In this document: piece after piece, positions 17,731-29,652 of the stretch | Position numbering within the stretch: the stretch's first letter is position 1 | How the letters are laid out: every line of letters begins with the position of its first letter | Made by a program: the position numbers and the translations under genes | The notes under the pieces: generated by a model | The model's input: the letters and a program-made list of their open reading frames with translations, nothing else | Told to the model about the DNA's origin: nothing | Databases searched by the model: none | Assembly (NCBI GenBank): GCA_038226425.1 | Contig: JBBRQL010000003.1 | Location: forward strand, 1-46,808 | Reading direction: 5' to 3' | Source of the DNA: Verrucomicrobiota bacterium | GTDB lineage: Bacteria > Verrucomicrobiota > Verrucomicrobiia > Limisphaerales > UBA9464 | Length of the DNA stretch: 46,808 nt

Positions 17731-20211
17731 GTGAGCACTCCCCTTCCCGCTTCCGCACGCGTCGTGATCATCGGCGGCGGCATCGTCGGATGCAGCATCG
17801 CGTACCACCTCGCCAAGCTCGGCTGGCGTGATGTGGTCGTGCTCGAACAGAACTTGCTGGCCGGCGGAACGACGTGGCACGCCGCGGGGCTCGTCGGACG
17901 CCTCCGCACCTCGACCAGTCTCACCGCCATCAACAAGTACAGCGCCGAGCTCTACCAAGGACTCGAGCGAGAGACGGGGCATCCGGTCGGTTGGAAGCAG
18001 GTGGGCAGCCTCATCCTCGGGCGCTCCGAGGCGCGGATGACCCAGCTGAAGCGCACGATGGCGATGGCCGAATGGTTCGGCATCGAGTCCCGCCTGATCT
18101 CGCCGGAAGAAGCCCGGGCCAAGTGGCCGCTGCTGCGCGTGGACGACATCCTCGGCGCCGCGTGGCTGCCGCACGACGGCAAGGTGCTGCCGAAAGAGGT
18201 CGCCATCGCCTTGGCCAAAGGCGCGCAGGCCGGCGGCGCGACCCTCGTCGAGGGCGTGCGCGTGCTTGGTATCCAGCACCGCGACGGACGCGCCACGGGC
18301 GTCGAGACCGACCAGGGCACGATCACCGCGGAGACCGTGGTGCTCACCGGCGGCATGTGGGCGCGCGACCTCGGGCTCCGCTGCGGCGTCGACCTGCCCT
18401 TGTACCCGGTCGAGCACCATTACGTCGTCAGCAACCCCGTCCCGGGCGCCTTCGACGAGCTGCCGGTTGGACGCGATCCCGATCTGTGCCTGTATTTCCG
18501 TGGCGAAGGCGACTCGGTGATGCTCGGCGCGTTCCAGGCCGAATCGAAGCCGTGGATGGTGGACCGGGTGCCGGACAAGTTCTCGTTCCAGCTGCTGGAG
18601 CCGGACTGGGAGAAGTTCGCGGAACCGCTGCGCCACGGGAAGCACCGCATCCCCGCGCTCGAGACCAGTGGCTTCCAGAAATTCGTCAACGGCCCCGAGA
18701 GCTTCACGCCGGACAACAACTTCCTCATGGGCGAGACCGCGCAGATGAAGGGCCTCTTCGTCGCCTGCGGCTTCAACTCCGTCGGCATCGCCAGCGCGGG
18801 CGGTGCCGGCAAGTACCTCGCCGAATGGATCGTCGACGGTCAGCCGAGCCTCGATCTCTGGAGCGTGGACGTGCGGCGCTTCGGCCCGTGGGCGAACAAC
18901 CGCGAGTTCCTGCGCCGGCGCGTCGTCGAGGTGCTCGGGCTGCATTACCAGATGGCCTGGCCGAACCGCGAGCCCGAGACCGGCCGCGATATCCGGCGAT
19001 CGCCGCTGCACGAACGCCTGGCCGCGCGCGGCGCGTGCTTCGGCCAGAAGGCCGGCTGGGAACGGCCGAACTGGTTCACACGCGTGGACGCGGAGCGGGG
19101 AACGGGGAGCGGGGAATCCGCCACGACGCCGGTGATGGAATACAGCTTCGGCCGGCAGAACTGGTTCGCGAACCACGCCGCCGAGCATCGCGCCGCGCGC
19201 GAAGCGGTCGCGCTCTTCGACCAGACCGCGTTCGGCAAGCTCGTGGTGAAAGGGGCCGACGCCCTCGCCCTGATGCAGCGGCTCTGCGCCAACAACGTCG
19301 ATGTCGCCGACGGCCGCGTGGTCTACACCGGCATGCTCGACGAGCGCGGCGGCTTCGAGAGCGATCTCACGGTCGTGCGCACCGCGAAGGACGCGTTCTA
19401 CCTCGTCACGGGCAGCACGCAGGCGGTGCGCGACGCCGACTGGATCCGCACGCACATCCCGGACAGCGGCCGCGTGGACGTCACGGATGTCACCGGCGCC
19501 CACGGCGTCATCGGCGTGATGGGCCCGGCCGCTCGGACGCTCCTGGCCCGCGTCACCGAGGCGGACCTCTCCGGCGAGGCGTTCCCGTTCGGCACGGCGC
19601 GGACGATCTCCGTCGGTCTCGCGACGGTGCGCGCGATCCGCTTGACCTACGTCGGCGAGCTCGGCTGGGAACTCCACGTGCCGGCCGAGCAGATGGTCCA
19701 CGTACACGAGACGCTCCACGCCGCCGGGGCCGATCTCGGCGTCACCGACGCGGGGCATTACGCGGTCAATTCCTTGCGGCTGGAGAAGGGCTACCGAGCG
19801 TTCGGCGCCGAGCTCTCGCCCGATGAATCGCCGGTCGAGGCCGGGCTCGGCTTCGCGGTCGCATGGGACAAGCCCGGCGGTTTCATCGGCCGCGACGCCC
19901 TCCTTCGCCAGCGCGCCGCAGGTGTGAAGAAACGCCTCGCCGTGTTCACGCTCGACGATCCGGAGCCCGTTCTCTGGGGCAGCGAACCGATCCTGCGCGA
20001 CGGCGTGATGGTCGGCTACACGACCAGCGGCAGCTACGGCCACACCGTCGGCCGCGCCGTGGGCATGGGCTACGTGCGGGACGCGGGCGGCGTGACGGAC
20101 GCCTTCCTCAAGGCCGGCCGCTACGACGTCCTCGTAAACGGCGTCCGCCAGCCGGCGACCCTGCACCTCCGCTGCCCGGTCGATCCTGAGCGACGGAAGA
20201 TCCTGGCTTGA
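17731..20211 (+). CDS. GcvT-family FAD-dependent oxidoreductase (sarcosine/dimethylglycine dehydrogenase-like)
   Basis: VVIIGGGIVG, GTTWHAAG, GPESFTPD, GWERPNWF, TYVGELGWELH, LRLEKGYR. 826 aa DAO + GCV_T architecture. Confidence 0.93.
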   Translation: MSTPLPASARVVIIGGGIVGCSIAYHLAKLGWRDVVVLEQNLLAGGTTWHAAGLVGRLRTSTSLTAINKYSAELYQGLERETGHPVGWKQVGSLILGRSEARMTQLKRTMAMAEWFGIESRLISPEEARAKWPLLRVDDILGAAWLPHDGKVLPKEVAIALAKGAQAGGATLVEGVRVLGIQHRDGRATGVETDQGTITAETVVLTGGMWARDLGLRCGVDLPLYPVEHHYVVSNPVPGAFDELPVGRDPDLCLYFRGEGDSVMLGAFQAESKPWMVDRVPDKFSFQLLEPDWEKFAEPLRHGKHRIPALETSGFQKFVNGPESFTPDNNFLMGETAQMKGLFVACGFNSVGIASAGGAGKYLAEWIVDGQPSLDLWSVDVRRFGPWANNREFLRRRVVEVLGLHYQMAWPNREPETGRDIRRSPLHERLAARGACFGQKAGWERPNWFTRVDAERGTGSGESATTPVMEYSFGRQNWFANHAAEHRAAREAVALFDQTAFGKLVVKGADALALMQRLCANNVDVADGRVVYTGMLDERGGFESDLTVVRTAKDAFYLVTGSTQAVRDADWIRTHIPDSGRVDVTDVTGAHGVIGVMGPAARTLLARVTEADLSGEAFPFGTARTISVGLATVRAIRLTYVGELGWELHVPAEQMVHVHETLHAAGADLGVTDAGHYAVNSLRLEKGYRAFGAELSPDESPVEAGLGFAVAWDKPGGFIGRDALLRQRAAGVKKRLAVFTLDDPEPVLWGSEPILRDGVMVGYTTSGSYGHTVGRAVGMGYVRDAGGVTDAFLKAGRYDVLVNGVRQPATLHLRCPVDPERRKILA

Positions 20212-20314
20212 GCCGCAGGCGGCAGAGGCGCACCGGGCGACGTCGCGAGAGAAAATCACGCCTGCGCCATGGTCGGGCTTGAGCAGGCACCCGGCGGACG
20301 TCCATGCTCCGGGC

Positions 20315-22855
20315 ATGACACTCCGTTCGTCGCTCTCACTCGGGCTTTGCCTTGGCATCGCCGCGCTGTTCCCGGCCTTCGCCCAAGGCTCGCTCAAGGA
20401 CGCAGCCACCGCCGTCAGCTCCCTGAAGGTCGCCAAGGGCTTCAAGGTCGAGCTGCTCTACACGGTGCCGAAGGACGGCAAAGGCTCCTGGGTCTCGATG
20501 TGCCTCGACCCGAAAGGCCGCCTCATCGTCTCCGACCAGTACGGCAAGCTCTACCGGCTCACGTTGCCGCCGCTCGGCAGCACGGCGGAGCCGGCGGTCG
20601 AGACCCTCGACATCCCGGTGGGCGGCGCCCAAGGCCTGCTCTACGCCTTCGACAGCCTGTACGTGATGTGCGCGAACGACAAACCGTACGCCCGCGGCCT
20701 CTACCGCGTCCGCGACACGGACGGCGACGACAAGTTCGACGAGGTGAAGCTGCTCCGCGGCCTCGACGGCGGCGGCGAGCACGGACCGCACGCCATCCTG
20801 CTCTCGCCCGACGGCAAGTCGCTCACCATCGTCTCCGGCAACCAGACCCGGCTCACCGAGATCGATTCCTCGCGCGTGCCCATGCTCTGGTCCGAGGACC
20901 ATCTGCTCCCCCGGCTCTGGGACGGCAACGGCTTCATGAAGGGCGTGCTCGCGCCCGGCGGCTGGATCGCCAAGACCGATCCCGAAGGCAAGACCTGGGA
21001 ACTCATCGCGAACGGCTTCCGCAACGAATACGACGCCGCCTACAACCGCGACGGCGAGCTCTTCGCTTTCGACGCGGACATGGAGTGGGACATGAACACC
21101 CCGTGGTACCGGCCCACGCGCGTCAACCACGTCGCCAGCGGCGCGGAGTTCGGATGGCGCAGCGGCGCCGGCAAATGGCCCGCCTACTATCCCGACAGCC
21201 TCGGCGCGGTCGTGGACGTCGGTCCCGGATCGCCCACCGGCGTCACCTTCGGCTACGGCGCGAAGTTCCCCGCGAAGTACCAGGAGGCCCTGTTCATCAA
21301 CGACTGGAGCTACGGCAAGCTCTACGCCGTCCACCTCAAGCCGCAGGGCTCCGGCTACACCGGCGAGCTGGAGGAGTTCATCGCCGGTTCGCCCCTGCCC
21401 TTGACCGACCTGGTCGTGAACCCCAAGGACGGCGCGCTCTACTTCGCCATCGGCGGACGCAAGACGCAGTCCGCGCTCTACCGCGTCACCTGGGCCGGCG
21501 GCGGCTCGACCGCTGCGTCTCCCGGGATGAAGGGCGGCGAGAAGGAACGCGCACAACGCCACGCTCTCGAGGCCTTCCATGGCAAGGTCGACCCGAGGGC
21601 GGTCAAGGCCGCGTGGCCGTTCCTCGGCAACAAGGACCGCAACCTCCGCTTCGCCGCGCGCGTCGCCATCGAATGGCAGCCGGTCGGGACCTGGCGAGAG
21701 CTCGCGCTGGCCGAGAAGGACCCCGAGGCCAGCATGACCGCGCTCATCGCCTTGGCCCGTGCCAGCAGCAAGGACGCCTTCCACCGCAAGGCCTCCGACC
21801 CGCAGCCGGACGCCGCGTTGCAGGGCAAGATCGTCGCGTCGCTCGACCGCATCCGCTGGGACAAGCTCTCCGATCCGCAGCGCCTGGAGCTGCTCCGCGC
21901 CTACTCGCTCGCCTTCACCCGCCTCGGCCGTCCCGATGAGGCCACGCGGACGCGCCTCATCGCCAAGTTCGATCCCGCCTATCCCGCGAAGTCCCGCGAG
22001 CTGAACGCCGAGCTCGCACCGATGCTCGTGTACCTCGAAGCGCCCAGCGCCGCCGCGAAGGTGACCACCGCGCTCGCGACCGCGCCGACCCAGGAGGAGC
22101 AGCTCGACATCGCCCGCTCGGTCCGCGTGCTCAAGAACGGATGGACCCTCGAGCAGCGCAAGGCCTACTTCGGCTGGTTCCTCAAGGCCGCCAACTTCCG
22201 CGGCGGCGCCTCGCTCGCGGGCTTCCTCCGCGACATCAAGGCCGACGCCGTCGCCACGCTCAGCCCCTCCGACAAGACCGCGCTGGCCGAGGTGCTCAGC
22301 GCCAAGCCGGTCGTGAAGAAGCCGCTCGAGAACCTGCTCGCCGGCCGCGCCACCGTGAAGGAATGGACCGTCAACGACCTCGCCCCGGCGCTCGCTTCCG
22401 GGCTGAAGGGCCGGAACTTCGAACGCGGCCGCGAACTGTTCGGCGCCGTCGGCTGCTACAACTGCCACCGCTTCGCCACCGAAGGCGGCGCCGTCGGGCC
22501 CGATCTCACCGGCATCGCCGGACGCTTCAACCCGCGCGACCTGCTCGAGTCCGTGATCGAACCGAGCAAGGAGGTCAGCGACCAGTACGCGCCGACCGTC
22601 TTCACCCTGAAGAACGGCACGACCGTCATCGGCCGCGTGGCCAACCTGAACAACGACGACATCAGCGTGATGGAGGACATGTCCGCCCCGGGCGACTTCA
22701 CCAACGTGAAGCGCGCCGAGCTGGTGCGGTCCGAGCCCTCGAAGGTCTCGCCGATGCCCGAAGGCCTGCTCAACACGCTCAAGCAGGACGAGGTGCTCGA
22801 CCTGATGGCGTTCCTGCTCTCGCGCGGTGAGCGCGACGGGAAGTTCTTCCGGTAG
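20315..22855 (+). CDS. PVC-type heme-binding protein (beta-propeller, HEAT-like repeats, cytochrome c CxxCH)
   Basis: Signal peptide, DTDGDDKFD, GEHGPH, GFRNEYD, FDADMEWD, CYNCH, VGPDLT, SPMPEGL. Start at ATG 20315. Confidence 0.9.
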   Translation: MTLRSSLSLGLCLGIAALFPAFAQGSLKDAATAVSSLKVAKGFKVELLYTVPKDGKGSWVSMCLDPKGRLIVSDQYGKLYRLTLPPLGSTAEPAVETLDIPVGGAQGLLYAFDSLYVMCANDKPYARGLYRVRDTDGDDKFDEVKLLRGLDGGGEHGPHAILLSPDGKSLTIVSGNQTRLTEIDSSRVPMLWSEDHLLPRLWDGNGFMKGVLAPGGWIAKTDPEGKTWELIANGFRNEYDAAYNRDGELFAFDADMEWDMNTPWYRPTRVNHVASGAEFGWRSGAGKWPAYYPDSLGAVVDVGPGSPTGVTFGYGAKFPAKYQEALFINDWSYGKLYAVHLKPQGSGYTGELEEFIAGSPLPLTDLVVNPKDGALYFAIGGRKTQSALYRVTWAGGGSTAASPGMKGGEKERAQRHALEAFHGKVDPRAVKAAWPFLGNKDRNLRFAARVAIEWQPVGTWRELALAEKDPEASMTALIALARASSKDAFHRKASDPQPDAALQGKIVASLDRIRWDKLSDPQRLELLRAYSLAFTRLGRPDEATRTRLIAKFDPAYPAKSRELNAELAPMLVYLEAPSAAAKVTTALATAPTQEEQLDIARSVRVLKNGWTLEQRKAYFGWFLKAANFRGGASLAGFLRDIKADAVATLSPSDKTALAEVLSAKPVVKKPLENLLAGRATVKEWTVNDLAPALASGLKGRNFERGRELFGAVGCYNCHRFATEGGAVGPDLTGIAGRFNPRDLLESVIEPSKEVSDQYAPTVFTLKNGTTVIGRVANLNNDDISVMEDMSAPGDFTNVKRAELVRSEPSKVSPMPEGLLNTLKQDEVLDLMAFLLSRGERDGKFFR

Positions 22856-22959
22856 AGCCCGAGCAGGGACGGGCTCAGTCCCGGCCACAGCCTTCCGGGA
22901 TGACGAGCAGTGCCGTGGCCGGCAAGGCCGCAGCTATCGCGGAGCCGCGTGAGCGACCG

Positions 22960-23384
22960 AGCTCGGCGGCAGGTTGCGGTCGGGAACGACCAAGTTGGCC
23001 GTTCCACCCTTTGCCACACGCACCGCTGTGGCAAAGGGCACGGCGCTTGTTGCCACCGACGCGACCCCGCGGATCCGCAGATCCGCTGCGCTCCGGAAGT
23101 CCAACGCGTCCCGAGTCCGCCGAAGTCGTCCCTGCCTTTGCAGGGTGGAACGGGCCACCGGCCCGTTGGCGGCGGCAACCTGCCGCCGCCACCGCGGCGC
23201 GCGGAGACCCGGATCGCACCCATCTGGCAGAATCCTCCCTGCCCACCGCGCGTCGGTGCGCCGGGTTCGCGCGATGGCGTCCGGGTGTCCGCGATGCCGA
23301 AGCTCGGCGGCAGGTTGCCGCCGAGAACGGCCAAGTTGGCCGTTCCACCCGGATCGCCATGCACCGCTCCGGCAAAGGGCACGG
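22960..23384. repeat. Cluster of REP-like palindromic repeats: two ~85-bp direct copies and one inverted ~46-bp core
   Basis: AGCTCGGCGGCAGGTTGC…CAAGTTGGCCGTTCCACCC…GCACCGCT..GGCAAAGGGCACGG at ~22960-23043 and ~23301-23384. Inverted core GGGTGGAACGG…GCAACCTGCCGCCG at 23143-23188. Confidence 0.85.
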
Positions 23385-23558
23385 GACGAGACCTCGGTCT
23401 CCTCAGTCGATCGGACTTTGATTCCACGACGGTCCACGACTCCGGATCGCGCCTGACTTGATCACGGTCCGGTGACGACTGTCGGGCGCATCTTGACTTG
23501 GGCACATCGGCCCCGGACGGTGCCGACCGATCATCCACGCATGGAAACGCCTCCCGTC

Positions 23559-24929
23559 ATGTCCGCTGAAACTAAACCCGCCGTGCCGGGTATTCCGGGC
23601 GGCAAAATGACCGCTCCCAAGAAGAAAAGCTCCGGCTGGATATGGTGGTGCCTGCTCGTCGTCCTGCTCCTCGTGGGCGGCGGAGGCTACGCCGGATGGC
23701 AGAAGTTCCGTCCCCAACCGCTCGCGGTGCAGACCGATAAGGTCGCGCGGCGCGGCCTCACCGAGATCGTCACCGCCACCGGCAAGGTGCAGCCGGTCCT
23801 CCAGGTCAAGATCAGCCCCGAGGTCTCCGGCGAGATCATCGAGCTGCCGGTGAAAGAGGGGCAGGCGGTGAAGAAGGGCGACCTGCTCGTGCGGATCAAG
23901 CCCGACTTCTACATCGCCAGCCGCAACTCCGCGCAGGCGAACTTCCAGTCGGCTGAATCCGGGCGGGCCACCTCCATCGCGCAGGCGGCGAAGGCCGGAT
24001 CGGAGTTCAAGCGGAACAAGGAGCTGTTCGAGCGCAAACTGGTGAGCGAATCGGTCTACGACGACTACCGCACCGCCTTCGATGTCGCCAAGGCCCAGTC
24101 CGAGAGCTCCGGCCACCAGATCGAGATGGCCAAGCAGACCCTCAAGAAATCCGAGGAGGACCTGCTCAAGTGCACCATCTACAGCCCGATCGACGGCACC
24201 GTCAGCAAGCTCATCTCCGAGAAGGGCGAGCGCGTCGTCGGCACCGGCATGATGGCCGGCACGGAGATCATGACCGTGGCCGACCTCACCGAGATGGAGG
24301 CGCGCGTCGAGGTCGGCGAAGTGGACGTCGTGCTCGTGCAGCTCGGCCATCGGGTCCGGTTGGAGGTCGATTCCTTCCGCGACCGCAAGTTCGCCGGTGT
24401 CGTCACCCAGATCGCCAACTCCGCGAAGACCACCGGTATCAACACGCAGGGGGAGGCGACCAAGTTCGAGGTCCGGATCCGCATCGCCGACAAGGCCCGT
24501 TTCCTCCCCGGCATGAGCGCCACCGCCGAGGTCGAGACCCGCTACCGCACCAACGTGCTCACGGTGCCGATCCAAGCGGTGACGACCCGCCTGCCGAAGG
24601 GCGTCAAGAAGGACGATGCGAAGCCCGCGATGGCCAAAGGCGAGGACAAGGACCTGGAGCAAGAACTCGCCGACCTGAGCAAGAAGAAGGACAAGTCCGG
24701 ACCGAAGCCGATCGACGTGGTCTTCGCGGTCGAGGCCGGCAAGGCGAAGATGTTGCCGGTGAAAAGGGGCATCAGCGACGAGGCCTACTACGAGATCTTG
24801 GAGGGCCTCACCGAGGGCCAGGAGATCGTGACCGGCAGCTACAAGGCGATCGCGCGCGAGCTGGAGGACGAGAAACAGGCCCGCGTGGACAACACGAAGA
24901 AGAACGCGAAACGGGACGAGAAGAAGTGA
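23559..24929 (+). CDS. Efflux periplasmic adaptor subunit (MacA/HlyD family)
   Basis: N-terminal TM, ATGKVQP..ISPEVSGEIIELPVKEGQAVKKGDLL, alpha hairpin, IYSPIDGTV, PGMSA. Start could be 23541 or 23607. Confidence 0.92.
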   Translation: MSAETKPAVPGIPGGKMTAPKKKSSGWIWWCLLVVLLLVGGGGYAGWQKFRPQPLAVQTDKVARRGLTEIVTATGKVQPVLQVKISPEVSGEIIELPVKEGQAVKKGDLLVRIKPDFYIASRNSAQANFQSAESGRATSIAQAAKAGSEFKRNKELFERKLVSESVYDDYRTAFDVAKAQSESSGHQIEMAKQTLKKSEEDLLKCTIYSPIDGTVSKLISEKGERVVGTGMMAGTEIMTVADLTEMEARVEVGEVDVVLVQLGHRVRLEVDSFRDRKFAGVVTQIANSAKTTGINTQGEATKFEVRIRIADKARFLPGMSATAEVETRYRTNVLTVPIQAVTTRLPKGVKKDDAKPAMAKGEDKDLEQELADLSKKKDKSGPKPIDVVFAVEAGKAKMLPVKRGISDEAYYEILEGLTEGQEIVTGSYKAIARELEDEKQARVDNTKKNAKRDEKK

Positions 24930-25041
24930 GATGATGCCCCGCGCCACACACCCCGTTCCACGCGTCATGCCCGACAAGGTCCGTCCGACCCCGGGCAAGG
25001 TGGCACGTGGTGCGTGATGCGTGGCACACTAGATCGCCGCC

Positions 25042-25766
<725 letters not shown>

Positions 25767-25770
<4 letters not shown>

Positions 25771-26024
25771 GATCGAGCCCCTCCAGGTCTCTTGGTCGAG
25801 AAGCCCGGCAGCTTGTGCCGGGACCGCTCCGTGTCTTCGCGTGGAACCTAGGTCCGAGGGTTGGCCACGAAGGGCGGCGGCAGATCGCGCTGAACGTCAT
25901 CGAGCGGGGACGCGCTTGGCATTGGCGGCAATTGCCCAAGGGTTGGTTCGACCTGGACTATTGCTTGGAGCACGGACAGAAGCGGACCCGGCAGGTGCTC
26001 CGGGAGATCTACCGGGTCGCATGA
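25767..26024 (+). CDS. Small putative antitoxin (resembles DUF6922-type proteins), 85 aa
   Basis: ATGA-coupled on both sides. VFAWNL…[15 protein letters not shown] resembles the FWD…IIERVLE.G…W..L pattern of proteins found upstream of AbiEii genes (recognised from memory). Confidence 0.6.
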
Positions 26025-26710
26025 AACAGCAGGCCGCAGACCTGGACTCCATCAAGGAGGCGTTCGCCCGCGTGCCGGAACTCATCCGCGCCGGGACCTT
26101 CGCCGGTGCCGGTGCCATGTTCCATGAACATCTGGAGAACCGGTTCGGGCGCTTCAGCTACGACATCGACCTCCACAACGCCAAGGAGGACTTGGAGACC
26201 GTCCATCGCCGCCTGCCCACCGGGCGTGGAAAGCCGCTCCGGCTGGTCAGCAAGCTGAACGAGGATATCTTCGAGTACGCGCTGAAGAACGGTCCGCACA
26301 CGTTGCGGATCGAGCTGGCCCGGCCCTATCTGCGGCCCCGCCAGAAGACGGTCCGCAGCCGGCATGTCGCCGGGCTGCGGGTGACCGCCTTCGCCGACCT
26401 GGTCTTGGCCAAGCTGTCAGCGCTCTCGACCCGCGGCCTGCCACGCGACTTGATCGACCTGCTCGCGGTGGAACTCGAGCGGTCGCCAAAATGGGAGGGT
26501 CTGCTGACCCGGGCGTCATCGGCCGAGGACAACGACTACAGCCCGGCCGAACTGCACCAGCGGTTGAACCGTCTGGCGGAGGAGGTCTCAGGACCGGAGT
26601 GGTGGGAGGACCTGCCCGTCCGCACGCCACCCGACCGGGATACGGTCGTCGCTTTCATCGGACGGTTGAAGCAGGCGAACGAGGCCGTGTTCCAGGAGAC
26701 GCTCGCATGA
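26021..26710 (+). CDS. AbiEii/DUF1814-family nucleotidyltransferase toxin, 229 aa
   Basis: FAGAGAM (GG/GT-type motif), RFSYDIDL, DLVLAKLSALSTRGLPRDLIDL. True start is ATG 26021. Confidence 0.8.
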   Translation: MKQQAADLDSIKEAFARVPELIRAGTFAGAGAMFHEHLENRFGRFSYDIDLHNAKEDLETVHRRLPTGRGKPLRLVSKLNEDIFEYALKNGPHTLRIELARPYLRPRQKTVRSRHVAGLRVTAFADLVLAKLSALSTRGLPRDLIDLLAVELERSPKWEGLLTRASSAEDNDYSPAELHQRLNRLAEEVSGPEWWEDLPVRTPPDRDTVVAFIGRLKQANEAVFQETLA

Positions 26711-27930
26711 CCCTGCTCTCCGAGTTCAAGGAATCGGCGTTCATCGCTTGGACGGCGCTGAGGGCCAACAAGCTCCGCGCCGGGCTCACCACGCTGGGCA
26801 TCGTCATCGGTATCGTGTCGGTGACGCTGATGGGCACCGCGATCACCGGCCTGAACGACGCGTTCCGGAAGAGCGTCGGGAACATCGGCGCCGACACGTT
26901 GTTCATCCAGCGGTTCTCCTGGATGACGAGCGAGACGGATTGGCGGCTCTCCCGCAACCGCAAGGAGCTCACCCTGCAGAACGTCCGCGACCTCGACCGG
27001 TTGGTCACGCTGTGCTCGGCGGTCAGCGTCGATTCCGGCGGCAACGGCACGGTCTCGTTCGGCCGCCGGCAAGCCCGCGGCGTCTACGTGGCCGGCAACG
27101 ACGAGAACAGCCTCGCCGTGCGCGGGCTCTCGCTTTCCCAGGGGCGGTGGCTCACCCCGGGCGACGTCCAATCAGGCCGGCCGGTGTGCGTGCTCGGGAG
27201 CTATCTGGCGGACCGGTTCTTCCCCGGCGGCGAAGCCATCGGCGGCAAGGTGAAGCTGAACGACATCCGCCTCGAGGTCGTCGGCGTGCTGGACAAGCAA
27301 GGGAGCGCCTTCGGCAATGACCTCGACAACCAGATCGTCATCCCCATCACGCGGTTCAGCCAAGATTTCAGCCGCTGGCCGGACCTCACCATCACGGCCA
27401 AGGTGCGGGATCTTTCCCAGGTCGACGACGCCCGCGAGGAGCTGCGGGGCATCATGCGCAAGCTCCGCCGCGTGCCGCCTGATTTCCCGGACGACTTCGC
27501 CATCAACTCGCAGGAGGCGATCGTGGCCTTCTTCAACGCGGTCGGCGGCACCATCGCCGCCGTCGGGTTGTTCATCAGCGGCCTGTCGCTGTTCGTCGGC
27601 GGCATCGGCATCATGAACATCATGTTCGTGAGCGTGGCCGAGCGGACCAAGGAGATCGGCATCCGCAAGGCCATCGGCGCGAAACGCCGGACCATCCTCG
27701 TCCAGTTCCTGGTCGAGGCCGCGACCATCACGCTCGGCGCGGGCATCCTCGGCATCCTCGTCGCGTGGCCGCTGACGCTGGTCGTGGACAAGTTCCTCGC
27801 GGCCTCGATGCCGTGGTGGCTGGTGGCGGTGGCGCTGCTGGTGTCGGTGCTGACCGGCGTCGTGAGCGGGTTCCTGCCGGCTTGGCGGGCCGCGCGGATG
27901 GACCCGGTGGACGCGTTGAGGGCCGATTGA
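26707..27930 (+). CDS. ABC transporter permease (MacB-PCD/FtsX)
   Basis: ANKLRAGLTTLGIVIGI, VGGIGIMNIMFVSVAERTKEIGIRKAIGA, PAWRAARMDPVDALR. Start at ATG 26707. Confidence 0.95.
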   Translation: MTLLSEFKESAFIAWTALRANKLRAGLTTLGIVIGIVSVTLMGTAITGLNDAFRKSVGNIGADTLFIQRFSWMTSETDWRLSRNRKELTLQNVRDLDRLVTLCSAVSVDSGGNGTVSFGRRQARGVYVAGNDENSLAVRGLSLSQGRWLTPGDVQSGRPVCVLGSYLADRFFPGGEAIGGKVKLNDIRLEVVGVLDKQGSAFGNDLDNQIVIPITRFSQDFSRWPDLTITAKVRDLSQVDDAREELRGIMRKLRRVPPDFPDDFAINSQEAIVAFFNAVGGTIAAVGLFISGLSLFVGGIGIMNIMFVSVAERTKEIGIRKAIGAKRRTILVQFLVEAATITLGAGILGILVAWPLTLVVDKFLAASMPWWLVAVALLVSVLTGVVSGFLPAWRAARMDPVDALRAD

Positions 27931-28027
27931 GGATGAACGCCCGGGTCACCAAGTCCCCCAGCGGTCGTCGATCCGTCCAACCCGGGCTCCGCGCCCACGC
28001 ATATGGGCCGCCGCCCTCCCCTTCCCC

Positions 28028-29281
<1,254 letters not shown>

Positions 29282-29409
29282 CGGACGGCACGGAGCCGAC
29301 CGCTCCGGCCCGTCGGAGAAGATGCGCGCCGTGCGCGACCGCGTCCGGCCAGCGCGTGTCCGTTGCTCCGCCCGTCATCGGCAGCCGGTGCACCTTTCCG
29401 ATGTGCTTG

Positions 29410-29570
29410 GGAGAGGCGTGGGCGAGCCCCTGCCAGCATCTTGCTGGCAGGGGCTCGACGAAGCCGGGGCCGGGAAAATCCCCCGCGCCTCTCCATCCCC
29501 GCCTTCTGCCGGCGAGACGCGTTGGCAGCACTTTGGCGGCGCCCGGGACCACGGTGTCCCGATGCACCCG
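29410..29570 (+). repeat. ~160-bp dispersed palindromic element, copy 1
   Basis: CTGCCAGCATCTTGCTGGCAGGGGCT…GAAGCCGGGGCCGGG…CTCCATCC…GCCTTCTGCCGGCGAGACGC…GGCAGCAC, matching the reverse complement of 43861-44026. Confidence 0.88.
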
Positions 29571-29652
29571 TCGGCGCCGCGCCCGGAAAGTTTCCCTGTC
29601 GCGGCCGTGCTCCGTCGCTAGGTTCGCCCGCGAGTCCTGTCGCCTCCCTGAA

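Noticed and set aside
17473-22888. Long minus-strand ORFs (990 aa, 850 aa), and similarly 36561-39791
   Set aside because: Antisense shadows of well-supported plus-strand genes.
22900-23460. CRISPR array or small CDSs in the repeat-rich gap
   Set aside because: Repeats alternate in orientation with irregular spacing, and no cas genes are present. The ORFs are translations of palindromic repeats.
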